DNA of 64,000 nt from Oscillospiraceae bacterium (lineage in GTDB: Bacteria > Bacillota > Clostridia > Oscillospirales > CAG-272): contig SVRL01000004.1 in the NCBI GenBank assembly GCA_015064845.1, positions 14,398 through 78,397 on the forward strand, written 5' to 3'. This document shows positions 54,694 through 63,943 of the stretch, in pieces (position 1 is the stretch's first letter; each line of letters begins with the position of its first letter). Both the position numbers and the translations under genes were made by a program. The notes below the pieces were generated by a model. The model was not told where the DNA came from. It did not search any database and saw nothing but the letters and a program-made list of their open reading frames with translations.

Positions 54694-54931
54694 TGTGGAA
54701 ATGTTCGGACGAGGTTGTGGAAAACTCCGTGGAAACTGTGGAAAACTCTGATTTTTGCCGTATTTTTATTGGCAGTATATTTATTATAAAGGATATATAT
54801 TGAAAATGCAAGACTTTTTACCGAAAAATCCACAGGTTTTTTTCAGCATACGATGTGGAAAAGTTCCCTTTTCGGATGGGAAAACCTTGTGTAAATGCTC
54901 TTCGTAAAGAAACGAAAAAAGGTTTTCCACA
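54694..54931. promoter_or_regulatory. Cluster of seven DnaA-box-like 9-mers around the dcw promoter
   Basis: On the plus strand: TGTGGAAAT 54694, TGTGGAAAA 54716, CGTGGAAAC 54728, TGTGGAAAA 54737, TGTGGAAAA 54854. In the opposite orientation: AAATCCACA 54826 and TTTTCCACA 54923. The consensus is TGTGGATAA/TTATCCACA, and three of the boxes match 8/9. Confidence 0.5.
54783..54811 (-). promoter_or_regulatory. Sigma-A promoter of the dcw operon (rsmH...)
   Basis: The minus strand reads TTGCAT, a 17-nt spacer, then TATAAT. Confidence 0.6.
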
Positions 54932-55034
54932 GGGTTACCTGCGCAAAAGCAAATAAAAGCGCGGAATTTGGAAAAAATTTCGGACAAGTTCGTCGGCATT
55001 TTACCAAATAATAAAAATTCCAAACAAAATACAA

Positions 55035-55063
55035 TTGCGAAATTACAAAATATATGCTAAAAT
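55035..55063 (+). promoter_or_regulatory. Promoter of the GH3 gene
   Basis: TTGCGA, a 17-nt spacer, then TAAAAT, with TGc at the extended -10 position. Confidence 0.5.
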
Positions 55064-55104
55064 AAAATCACCGTATTATATTCCGAAAGAAAGGAAAATA
55101 AAAA

Positions 55105-57231
55105 ATGAAAGTATCGCAGGAAACAGAAAATAAAATCACGGAAATGCTTTCCGAAATGACTGTAGAAGAAAAAATCGGTCAGATGCAACAGATCAGTTAT
55201 GAAAGCTACCGTCCCGAAGTATTTGAACGCTTCCGCGCGTTGGGCGCAGGCTCTTTTTTGCACGTTCTGGGAGAAGAAGCGGATGAAATCCGTGCAGAAG
55301 CAAAGAAAACGCGTATGCAAATTCCCCCTATTTTCGGTATCGATGCCATACACGGCCACTCCCTTTGCAACGGTGCCGTTATTTTTCCCTCTCAGCTTTC
55401 GGCAGCTTGCTCCTGGAATCCCTCTCTTGTGGAAGAAATGGGCAGTGTTACCGCCAGAGAAGTAAATGCAGACGGTTTGGACTGGGTATTTTCTCCCGTT
55501 TTATGTTTGGGCAGAGATACGCGCTGGGGCAGAGTGGATGAAACGTTCGGCGAAGATCCGTATTTGGCCGGCACGATGGGCGAAGCCATCACAAAAGGCT
55601 ATGAAAAGGACGGGCTGGTTGCCGCTTGTCTCAAACACTATATCGGTTACGGAGAAGCCACGGGCGGAAGAGATTCCTATGACACAGAGGTTTCGATCCG
55701 CAAGGTTCGCGAAACCTTTTTACCTCCGTTTCGCCGCGCTGTAAAAGCAGGAGCATCGACCGTTATGACCGCTTACGGATCCATTTCGGGTATACCCATG
55801 ACTTTACACAAACAACTTTTGCGGGATATCTTAAAAGATGAAATCGGATTTGAAGGCTTTGTGGTTACAGACTGGTATAACATCCAATCCCTGCGCACCA
55901 AGCAAAAAGCGGTGGAAAGTTTTCATGACGGTGTACGTCTTGCCGTGGAAGCAGGAAACGATATGAGCATGAACACCTTCCGTTTCTACGATTCCGCAAT
56001 AGAACAAGCAAAAGCAGGAAAGCTTTCCATGCAGTTGATAGACGAAGCTGTCCGCCGTATTCTTCGCGTAAAATTTTCGCTCGGTCTTTTCGATCCCGAC
56101 AAAAAACGTTTGCCGCGTGAAGTGATCGGCTCTCCCGAGCATATTGAAGTCAACCGCAAACTGACCAGAGAAAGTCTTGTTCTTTTGGAAAACGACGGCA
56201 TTTTGCCTTTGAAGACCAAACCGAAAAGAATTGCCGTTATCGGACCGAATGCCGATGACATCCGCGCGCAATACGGAGATTGGACCTTTTTCTCCCACCC
56301 CAATGAATCGCCTGCCGATTGCAAGCCTCTCGGCGATTATTACACGGTTCTGCGCGGTGTGAAGACGGTCTTTTCCGAAAGCGAAGTGGTTTACGCCAAA
56401 GGATGCCATCTCATGGAAGAAACGGATGATTCCATGCTGGCAGAAGCCGTTACGCTTGCCGAAAGCGCGGATATCGTGATTGCTGTTATCGGCGACTGCC
56501 TCAAACAAAACGGTGAAGGAAAGGACCGCGCAAATCTTGAACTTTCAGGCAGACAAAACGAGCTCATGCGCCGTTTGAAACAAACGGGAAAACCCGTCAT
56601 CACCGTTCTTGTCAATGGGAAACCGCTCTGTATCGGAGAAGCCGTCAAAAACAGTGACGCTGTCATTGAAGCCTTCAACGGCGGGGACCTTGGAGGTCTT
56701 TGTGTTGCGGAATTGATTGCGGGCAAATTCAACCCTTCCGGCAAGCTTCCCATTTCATTCCCCCGTTCGTCTGCACAGATCCCCTGCTATTACAATCAAT
56801 ATTCCGGTTGGCACGGCGGAAAATACATGGATGTGGAAGAAGGAAATCTTTATGATTTTGGCTACGGACTTTCCTTTACAAATTTCTCCTATTCCAATCC
56901 GACACTATCTTCTGCCAAGGCCAAAGCAGGAGATACGGTAACCGTTTCCGTTGACATTACCAACACGGGAAATATCGACGGTTATGAAATCGCCGAACTT
57001 TATTACAATGACAGATTCAGTTCCGTTCTGACACCGGAAAAGCAGCTTTGTGGCTTTACAAAGCTTTGGATCAAAGCGGGAGAAACCGTTCGCGCGGAAA
57101 TTCCGCTTGCGGTGGATGAACTTTCCCTGATCGATGCCGAGGGAAAAACGGTACTCGAACCAGGCGTATTTGACATCATGATCGGCGGAAGCCTCGCTTC
57201 CTTGCAAACGGCTGAACTCATCGTAGAATAA
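55105..57231 (+). CDS. Glycoside hydrolase family 3 beta-glucosidase/xylosidase-like enzyme
   Basis: GIDAIHG, KHYIGYGEATGGRDS, GFVVTDW (nucleophile Asp region), and a C-terminal Fn3-like domain. Confidence 0.9.
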   Translation: MKVSQETENKITEMLSEMTVEEKIGQMQQISYESYRPEVFERFRALGAGSFLHVLGEEADEIRAEAKKTRMQIPPIFGIDAIHGHSLCNGAVIFPSQLSAACSWNPSLVEEMGSVTAREVNADGLDWVFSPVLCLGRDTRWGRVDETFGEDPYLAGTMGEAITKGYEKDGLVAACLKHYIGYGEATGGRDSYDTEVSIRKVRETFLPPFRRAVKAGASTVMTAYGSISGIPMTLHKQLLRDILKDEIGFEGFVVTDWYNIQSLRTKQKAVESFHDGVRLAVEAGNDMSMNTFRFYDSAIEQAKAGKLSMQLIDEAVRRILRVKFSLGLFDPDKKRLPREVIGSPEHIEVNRKLTRESLVLLENDGILPLKTKPKRIAVIGPNADDIRAQYGDWTFFSHPNESPADCKPLGDYYTVLRGVKTVFSESEVVYAKGCHLMEETDDSMLAEAVTLAESADIVIAVIGDCLKQNGEGKDRANLELSGRQNELMRRLKQTGKPVITVLVNGKPLCIGEAVKNSDAVIEAFNGGDLGGLCVAELIAGKFNPSGKLPISFPRSSAQIPCYYNQYSGWHGGKYMDVEEGNLYDFGYGLSFTNFSYSNPTLSSAKAKAGDTVTVSVDITNTGNIDGYEIAELYYNDRFSSVLTPEKQLCGFTKLWIKAGETVRAEIPLAVDELSLIDAEGKTVLEPGVFDIMIGGSLASLQTAELIVE

Positions 57232-57288
57232 CGAAATCTTTCTTCAAATTCTTTTCAACTGACAAAAAAGCGGCGAATCTCCGCTGAT

Positions 57289-57374
57289 GGTTGCTCGCCT
57301 ATCCAAGTTTTATTTATATCTAAACAATGCAAACGGCGAGGTTTGAATTGCGCAATTTCCTATAGTACAAAAAA
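57289..57374. repeat. Intergenic repeat, copy B (~86 nt)
   Basis: GGTTGCTCGCCTATC...AAACAATGCAAACGGCGAGGT...TTGCGCAATTTCCTATAGTACAAAAAA aligns along its full length with 6912-6997. Confidence 0.6.
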
Positions 57375-57400
57375 TCTCCCCCTGACAAGCAGGGGGAGAT
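57369..57400 (-). terminator. Terminator of the ispH-rpsA gene
   Basis: A 10-bp stem, ATCTCCCCCT with AGGGGGAGAT, is followed by TTTTTT on the minus strand. Confidence 0.75.
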
Positions 57401-57428
57401 GAAAGCAAACGATATGGATCGGCTGAAA

Positions 57429-59396
57429 TTATTCAGCAGCTTCTTCAGCAGCAGCTTCAATGAGTGCGCGGATAGAAAGGCTTACTTTGTGCTTTTCAGT
57501 ATCGATGTCGATGATCTTGGCATCAACAACCTGACCGAGTTCAAGAACTTCTGCGGGAGCAGCGATTCTCTTGTTAGCGATCTGTGTGATGTGAATAAGA
57601 CCGTCAACGCCGGGAATAATCTGTGCGAATGCACCGAAAGGCATCATGGAAACGATCTTAACGGAAGCAACGTCGCCGATGGAGTATTTATCGGTGAAGA
57701 GCTTCCAAGGATTGGTGTCTTCGGTCTTATAGCCGAGAGAGATTCTGTTCTTTTCACGGTCGAAGTCCTTAACGAATACTTCAAGAGTATCGCCGATGGA
57801 AACAACATCCTTGGGAGAAGAAATGCGCAACCAAGAAAGTTCGGTGGTGTGAACCATACCGTCAACGCCGCCGAGGTCAACGAATGCGCCGTAAGAAGTG
57901 AGGCTCTTAACCTTACCGGTGTAGTGCTTGCCTACTTCGATGTTTGCCCAGAAGTTTTCAAGAAGAGCTTTTCTTTCTTCTCTGATTACAACGCGGATAG
58001 AACCGATTGCACGTTTTCTGTCTTCTTTGATTTCAATGATTTTGAATCTCTGCTTTGTGCCTACGATGCTCTGAAGATCGCCGTTCTTGGGAACGTTGGT
58101 CTGAGATGCGGGAATGAAGATCTTCTGAGAGAGTGCGTATGCGATAACACCGCCCTTAACAGCTTCGGTGATCTTGCCTTCGATGATTTCTTCGTTTTCT
58201 TTTGCTTCAACAACTTTTGTCCAATTGTTGTGTGCATCAACTTTCTTCTTGGAAAGGGTTGCAATGCCGTCAAGATCGCTTACACGGACAGCAACAGCTT
58301 CAACTTCATCTCCAACCTTGAAAAGGTTTTCGAGTTTTGCCTGCGGATCATCGGTTACGTTTTCAATGGTCAGAACGCCGGTTACCTTAGAACCGATGTC
58401 TACGTGTACTTCGGTGTTGGTTACCGATGTTACGATGCCTCGAACGGTGTCTCCTGTATTTAAAGTTTTGAAAGATTCCTCAAGAAGTTGTGCGAAATTT
58501 TCCTGTTCGCTCATGGTGTTTTGTACCTCCTCAATTATGTAGCCGGGCGTGGAAGCTCCGGCAGCGATGCCGACTTTGCCGGTCATCTGTTTAATGTGAA
58601 ACGGGATATCGTGCGCGGTCTCAATAAAATGAGTTTCGGAACAATGCTCTCTGCTGATGTCATAGAGTTTCTTTGTATTGGAGCTTTCTCGACCGCCGAT
58701 GACGAGCATGGCATCGCATTCGCGGGAAAGCTTTTCAATTTCCTTCTGGCGCGTTTCCGTAACATTACATATTGTATCAAAAAATAAAGCATTTGTATAT
58801 AGGTTTTTGAGAAATTTTTTACATTTTTGATAATCCTCCAAATTGTGCGTCGTTTGAGAAGCTAAAATGATTGATTTTGCACCAATTTCTTGTGCAAAAT
58901 CACTTTCAAACGCTTTCGATAATTCAGAAAATCCCGAAAAAATGCGAAAATCTCCCCGAATATAGCTCGCAATACCGATCACCTCGGGATGCGTTGCCGT
59001 TCCGATCACAACCGTAAACGTGTCGTCAGAGGTATTTTTTTCCATGATTCTGTATATCTTTGCGACGAAGGGGCAAGTCATATCCGCAATTTCCGATTGC
59101 GGATTTTTTTGGACAAAAGTTTGCAGCGCAGCCAAAGCGGAAGAAGGGATACCGTGTGTACGCACGACGAAAACAGATTTTGAATCAGCATATTTCAGTT
59201 CTTCATCAAGATTGCTCTCCGAAAGTGTGTCGATTCCGTTTTCTCTCAACTTTTCATTCACATTCGGATTGTGAATCAACTCGCCCACGGTATAAATGTG
59301 GGCATCGGGTTTTTCCTTTGCCAACTGAAAAACGGCATCGACGGCGCGTTTCACACCGAAGCAAAAACCCGCATATTTCGCTGTGATAATCTCCAT
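57429..59396 (-). CDS. ispH: Bifunctional 4-hydroxy-3-methylbut-2-enyl diphosphate reductase / ribosomal protein S1 fusion
   Basis: The N-terminal ~280 aa are IspH (YAGFCFGVKRAV, three conserved Cys regions). They are followed by four S1 repeats (e.g. GKVKSLTSYGAFVDLGGVDGMVH). Confidence 0.9.
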   Translation of the reverse strand: MEIITAKYAGFCFGVKRAVDAVFQLAKEKPDAHIYTVGELIHNPNVNEKLRENGIDTLSESNLDEELKYADSKSVFVVRTHGIPSSALAALQTFVQKNPQSEIADMTCPFVAKIYRIMEKNTSDDTFTVVIGTATHPEVIGIASYIRGDFRIFSGFSELSKAFESDFAQEIGAKSIILASQTTHNLEDYQKCKKFLKNLYTNALFFDTICNVTETRQKEIEKLSRECDAMLVIGGRESSNTKKLYDISREHCSETHFIETAHDIPFHIKQMTGKVGIAAGASTPGYIIEEVQNTMSEQENFAQLLEESFKTLNTGDTVRGIVTSVTNTEVHVDIGSKVTGVLTIENVTDDPQAKLENLFKVGDEVEAVAVRVSDLDGIATLSKKKVDAHNNWTKVVEAKENEEIIEGKITEAVKGGVIAYALSQKIFIPASQTNVPKNGDLQSIVGTKQRFKIIEIKEDRKRAIGSIRVVIREERKALLENFWANIEVGKHYTGKVKSLTSYGAFVDLGGVDGMVHTTELSWLRISSPKDVVSIGDTLEVFVKDFDREKNRISLGYKTEDTNPWKLFTDKYSIGDVASVKIVSMMPFGAFAQIIPGVDGLIHITQIANKRIAAPAEVLELGQVVDAKIIDIDTEKHKVSLSIRALIEAAAEEAAE

Positions 59397-60008
59397 TTAA
59401 TTTTGCTCCTCTTTTCCAAGCTCGCAAATTTTTTCAAAAATATATTTGGAAGCCGCATTGTATTCTGCCATATTGCCCTTTTCAAAGCCCAGATCTTCAT
59501 AAGGAATCGGTTTACCGATGATAACCGTTACCTTACGGAACAAACGCACCCTGTAGTTTTTCGTCTTGATATGTACGGGAAGAATGCTGCACTTGGAACG
59601 GTAAGCAAAAAGGCCGACACCGCCCTTGGCATCTTCAACGGAAGGTTCTTTATCCGGAATACGCGTGCCCTGCGGAAACAGTCCGACGTAGTTTCCTTTT
59701 TCCAAAACTTCAATGGTAGATTTAATGGCTTTCAGATCGCCTGCGCCTCTGTTAACGGAAATCGTACCGAAAGAACGGAGAATTTTACCCAAAATCGGAT
59801 TTTTGAAAAGTTCTTTTTTTGCAAAGAAATAGATTTGACGTTTCAAATGGATTCCGATAAAGAAAATATCGTGCATACTGATGTGATTGGCGCAAATGAT
59901 GCAAGCGCCCTCTTTCATTTCATTTTCCAAGCCTTTGACTTCAATGCGGAAGAAAAGCTTATATATAGGCCAGAAAAGAATTTGGAAAAAACGGTACATT
60001 TTAGTCAT
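59397..60008 (-). CDS. plsC: 1-acyl-sn-glycerol-3-phosphate acyltransferase
   Basis: CANHISMHD (HX4D), FPQGTR. Its stop codon abuts the ispH start codon. Confidence 0.85.
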   Translation of the reverse strand: MTKMYRFFQILFWPIYKLFFRIEVKGLENEMKEGACIICANHISMHDIFFIGIHLKRQIYFFAKKELFKNPILGKILRSFGTISVNRGAGDLKAIKSTIEVLEKGNYVGLFPQGTRIPDKEPSVEDAKGGVGLFAYRSKCSILPVHIKTKNYRVRLFRKVTVIIGKPIPYEDLGFEKGNMAEYNAASKYIFEKICELGKEEQN

Positions 60009-60026
60009 GATAACAAGGTCCTTTCT

Positions 60027-60692
60027 TTAATTTTTTGTTTTTCTTTCAATAATTTCAAGAGCGGTTGCGATCACGGCATCAAAGTCGCCGGAATTATCGA
60101 GGAAAATGGCATCCTCCGCAGGAATTGCGGGCGCAATTTCTCTCGTGCTGTCCTGCAGATCACGCGCTTTCATCGCCTCGTAAACTTCTTGCTCGGTGGT
60201 ATTTTCGCCCTTGGCAATCAGTTCCAGATAACGGCGGCGCGCGCGTTCCTTATCGGAAACGGTTACAAAAAATTTTACCTGCGCATGCGGAAGAATCACA
60301 GTACCGATATCACGGCCGTCCATGATGACATTATTTGCTGCGGCAATATCGCGTTGTAAGGAAAGCAAATGCGCTCTTACCTCGGGAATGGCAGAAACCT
60401 TGGAAGCATAAGCGGAAATTTCATTTGTGCGGATCAAACCGCCAACATCTTCTCCGCTCAGATAAATTTTTTGTTCGCCGTTTTCAAAACCAAGCGAAAT
60501 TTTAACGGAAGGAAGCAAACCGATGACCGCTTCTTTCTCTTCGGGAGAAATTCCCGCGCGTTTTACGGCAAGACCGATCGTACGATACATCGCTCCCGTA
60601 TCGGTATAAATATAACCGAGTTTTGCGGCAAGCGCTTTTGCAAGAGTGCTTTTTCCCGCGCCGGAAGGACCGTCCAATGCAATGTTAATCAT
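60027..60692 (-). CDS. cmk: Cytidylate kinase
   Basis: IALDGPSGAGKST, DGRDIGT. The start is taken at MINIAL, with AAAGGA 9 nt upstream. Confidence 0.93.
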   Translation of the reverse strand: MINIALDGPSGAGKSTLAKALAAKLGYIYTDTGAMYRTIGLAVKRAGISPEEKEAVIGLLPSVKISLGFENGEQKIYLSGEDVGGLIRTNEISAYASKVSAIPEVRAHLLSLQRDIAAANNVIMDGRDIGTVILPHAQVKFFVTVSDKERARRRYLELIAKGENTTEQEVYEAMKARDLQDSTREIAPAIPAEDAIFLDNSGDFDAVIATALEIIERKTKN

Positions 60693-60732
60693 GAGAAACA
60701 TTCCTTTCTTAAATATATAAATGATAGATATT

Positions 60733-61989
60733 TTAATACTTTATCAATTCGGAAGCTGCCGAAAGCGCAGCAGTATAAGCGGTACAAAAAGCAATCTGAA
60801 GATTAAAGCCTCCCGTATATGCATCCAAATCCATAACCTCACCCGCAAAATAAAGGTTCGGACACTTCTTGGAGCGCATGGTCTGCGGTTCGATCTCCTT
60901 GACGGAAACCCCTCCGCTCGTTACGATGGCTTCCGTAATGGGACGAAAACCCGTAACGGAAACGGGAACACCCTTGATCAGCGCCGCTACGCGGCGGCGT
61001 TCCTCCGCAGTCACGGCATTGATTTTCTTATCGGGCGCGATTCCCGTCAGTTTGATGAACGGTTCGCGCAATTTAGAAGGTAAGAGCGCATCGAAGGCGT
61101 TAGCAAAATTGCGGTTTTTGTTTTTTTCAAAATCGGAAAGTAAGCGTTTGTCCAACGTTTGCATATCCAAAGCAGGCTTCAAATCAATGGAAAGGGTGTA
61201 ACGGTTTTTTTCCATCGGACGCAAATGCGCCGAAGCGGAAAGAATCATCGGACCGCTGACACCGAAATGGCAAAAAAGCATTTCGCCGAAATCCTTATAG
61301 ATAACCTTCTTTTTGACGGTATCCGTCACGCTGACAGCGACGTTTTTCAGCGCAAGTCCCATAGAAGCGGCGCAAATCTCGCTGTCTGAATTCAAGCCGA
61401 CCAGAGAAGGGATCACAGGCTTCACGGTATGCCCCACGGATTTCGCCAAAGCATAGCCGTCTCCCGTGGAACCCGTAACGGGATAAGAAACGCCTCCCGT
61501 GCAAAGAATAAAGGCATCAAAGCCCGCATGGCGCTGTTTCTCCGAAACGACACCCGCAATCGTTCCGTCTTCATTCATGATCCAATCGGTGATACGCTCG
61601 GTTATAATGCGCACACCGTTTTGCAAACAAAATTTTTTGAGAGCGAGAACAATATCCACAGCGTTATCCGAAACGGGAAATACGCGGTTTCCCCTCTCGG
61701 TTTTCAGCGGAACGCCAAGCCCCTCAAAAAATTCCATGGTATCGGCAGACGAAAAACGATTGATGGCGGAATAGAGAAATTTTCCGTTTGCCGTAATATT
61801 TTTGATAAATTCTTCGGGCGTGCAATTGTTGGTCACATTGCAACGTCCCTTTCCCGTAATGCCGAGCTTTTTACCAAGAAGGGAATTTCGTTCAAACAAA
61901 GTAACGTTTGCCCCCAGCTTTGCCGCATGGCCTGCGGCAAACATGCCTGCGGCACCGCCGCCAATGACGGCAATTTTTTTCGGATTCAT
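60733..61989 (-). CDS. HI0933/YhiN (BaiN-like) family flavoprotein
   Basis: IAVIGGGAAGMFAAGHAA dinucleotide fold, GKGRCNVTN, YFAGEVMDLDAYTGGFNLQ. Confidence 0.85.
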   Translation of the reverse strand: MNPKKIAVIGGGAAGMFAAGHAAKLGANVTLFERNSLLGKKLGITGKGRCNVTNNCTPEEFIKNITANGKFLYSAINRFSSADTMEFFEGLGVPLKTERGNRVFPVSDNAVDIVLALKKFCLQNGVRIITERITDWIMNEDGTIAGVVSEKQRHAGFDAFILCTGGVSYPVTGSTGDGYALAKSVGHTVKPVIPSLVGLNSDSEICAASMGLALKNVAVSVTDTVKKKVIYKDFGEMLFCHFGVSGPMILSASAHLRPMEKNRYTLSIDLKPALDMQTLDKRLLSDFEKNKNRNFANAFDALLPSKLREPFIKLTGIAPDKKINAVTAEERRRVAALIKGVPVSVTGFRPITEAIVTSGGVSVKEIEPQTMRSKKCPNLYFAGEVMDLDAYTGGFNLQIAFCTAYTAALSAASELIKY

Positions 61990-62029
61990 AAAATCATTTC
62001 CTTTTTATCATTATTTTAGAGAATAAACT

Positions 62030-63943
62030 TTACGGATTTTTATTTTCGGCAAGAAATGCTTCCGCTTCTTCCATTTCGAAAAACAATTCATCAATTTCGG
62101 CATCGATTTCCGAAATTCTTTCCGAAATTTCGGAAAGACGGACGTAATCGGTTGCCGCAGAAGAATTCATTTCTTCTTCCAACACGGATTTTTCTTCTTC
62201 CAACCGTTCAATTTCCGTTTCAGCCCTTTCAATCCGTTTTTCGGCTTTACGGATTTCAGCAGTCAATTTTTTTGCTTCCGCGTATTTGATTTTTCCTTCG
62301 GACTCCTGTTTTTCCGCTTTGACCGTCGTTTGCGCCGCCATACGGCGTTTTTCCTTAAACTCCAAATATTCGTCAAAGGTTCCGTGATAGTCATAAAAGC
62401 CGCCCGAAAGGTCAAAAATACGGGTAGCAAGCTTTTTCATGAAATAACGGTCGTGGGAAACGGCGATAATGGTTCCACCAAATGCGAGAAGCGCATTTTC
62501 CAAAGCTTCACGCGATGCAATGTCCAGATGGTTGGTCGGTTCGTCCAGAATCAGCAGATTGACTTTGGAAAGAATCATTTTGCAAAGCATAAGACGCGCT
62601 TTTTCGCCGCCGGAAAGAACGGAAACCTTTTTCTCGATATCCTCCGCAAAAAACAGGAAGCCTGCAAGCGCGGTACGTATTTGCGTGATCGTCAATTTTT
62701 CATGTGCGCTGCACAACTCTTCCAACACGGTTTTATTTTCGTCAAGCGTTTTCTGTTCCTGATCGTAATAGCCCGCAATAACACCCGTGCCGTATTCAAT
62801 GACACCGCTGTCGGCTTCAATAAATCCCCCCAACACTTTGATAAGCGTGGATTTTCCGCAACCGTTCGGTCCCATAATGATAACGTGATCCCGTTTTTTA
62901 ATCATAAATGAAAGATCGGAAAACAGATTTTTCTGTCCGAAGGACTTGGAAAGACCGTCCGCTTCCAGAACGTCGTTTCCGCTTTCGGCTGCTTCTGCGA
63001 AAGCAAGACGAATGCTTCCGGGCGCACGTTCCGGCGCATCGATTTTTTCCATGTGTTCGATCTGCTTTTTCTTGCTTGCTATGGTAATATAGTTATGCTC
63101 CTGACCGAAGTGAATCTGCGTCTGAATAATACCTTCTATTCGCGCGATCTCCTTTTGCTGAAGATCGTACATCTTTTGTTGACGCTTTCTCGCTTCCGTC
63201 TTTTGCACGGCAAACGCGCTGTAATTTCCCGTATAAAGCTCCGCCTTGGTATTTTCGATATCCAGAATTTTCGTAGCGGTACGGTCCAAGAAATAACGGT
63301 CGTGAGAAACGAGAAGCAATGTTTTGGGATAAGAGCGCAAATGTTCTTCCAGCCAATAGAGCGTATCGGTATCCAGATGGTTGGTCGGTTCGTCAAGGAT
63401 CAGGATATCCGGCTCAACGAGAAGCAACCGCACAAGCGCAAGTCTTGTCCGTTCTCCTCCGCTCAAAGTATCAATGGTTTTTCCCTGCTCCGATTCGGGA
63501 AAACCGAATCGGGTAAGCATGGAGCGAATTCTGGATTTATATTCGTAGCCTCCGATTTCGCGGAATTTTTCCGTAAGACTTGTAAATTCCGAAATGAGCC
63601 GTTCGGAAGCATTCACTTCGATTTCCGACTGCAACTTTGCAAGACGGGTTTCAATTCTCTTGCATTCGGGAAAGGCGCTTTCCATTTCCGCAGTCAGCGT
63701 TTTTTCGCTTTCCAGCATGGCGTTCTGTTCCAGCATACCGACAGACTTCCCTTTGGCAATAAAAACGTTGCCTCCGCTCGGCTCTGTGGTCCCCGCGATG
63801 ATGCGCAGCAGTGTGGACTTTCCCGCGCCGTTGACACCGACAATGCCTAAACGGTCGCCTTCATTGATGGAAAAATTTATTTTTTGTAAAATGATATCCG
63901 TTCCGTATTCCAAACGGATATCGCTTACGCTGAGTATGGTCAT
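62030..63943 (-). CDS. ABC-F family ATPase (two ABC domains, no TM domain, C-terminal coiled coil)
   Basis: GVNGAGKST and GPNGCGKST Walker A motifs, LSGGERTR and LSGGEKAR signature motifs, and a charged C-terminal arm. Confidence 0.9.
   Translation of the reverse strand: MTILSVSDIRLEYGTDIILQKINFSINEGDRLGIVGVNGAGKSTLLRIIAGTTEPSGGNVFIAKGKSVGMLEQNAMLESEKTLTAEMESAFPECKRIETRLAKLQSEIEVNASERLISEFTSLTEKFREIGGYEYKSRIRSMLTRFGFPESEQGKTIDTLSGGERTRLALVRLLLVEPDILILDEPTNHLDTDTLYWLEEHLRSYPKTLLLVSHDRYFLDRTATKILDIENTKAELYTGNYSAFAVQKTEARKRQQKMYDLQQKEIARIEGIIQTQIHFGQEHNYITIASKKKQIEHMEKIDAPERAPGSIRLAFAEAAESGNDVLEADGLSKSFGQKNLFSDLSFMIKKRDHVIIMGPNGCGKSTLIKVLGGFIEADSGVIEYGTGVIAGYYDQEQKTLDENKTVLEELCSAHEKLTITQIRTALAGFLFFAEDIEKKVSVLSGGEKARLMLCKMILSKVNLLILDEPTNHLDIASREALENALLAFGGTIIAVSHDRYFMKKLATRIFDLSGGFYDYHGTFDEYLEFKEKRRMAAQTTVKAEKQESEGKIKYAEAKKLTAEIRKAEKRIERAETEIERLEEEKSVLEEEMNSSAATDYVRLSEISERISEIDAEIDELFFEMEEAEAFLAENKNP

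Noticed and set aside
54694-54931. The DnaA-box cluster plus the adjacent AT-rich stretch, considered as a chromosomal replication origin (oriC).
   Set aside because: - There is no dnaA, dnaN or rpmH nearby.
- There is no strand-bias switch of genes around it.
- The AT-rich stretch is well explained as the TTGCAT-17-TATAAT dcw promoter.
- A regulatory or titration cluster is the more economical reading. Only a whole-genome GC-skew analysis could settle it.
54784-55034. Minus-strand ORFs of 79 aa and 63 aa upstream of rsmH, considered as a possible degenerate mraZ.
   Set aside because: They show no resemblance to MraZ: no SpoVT/AbrB-like repeats and no MF-GE-x-H-x-D-KGR start. They have no SD sequence and span the DnaA-box-like repeats and promoter elements.
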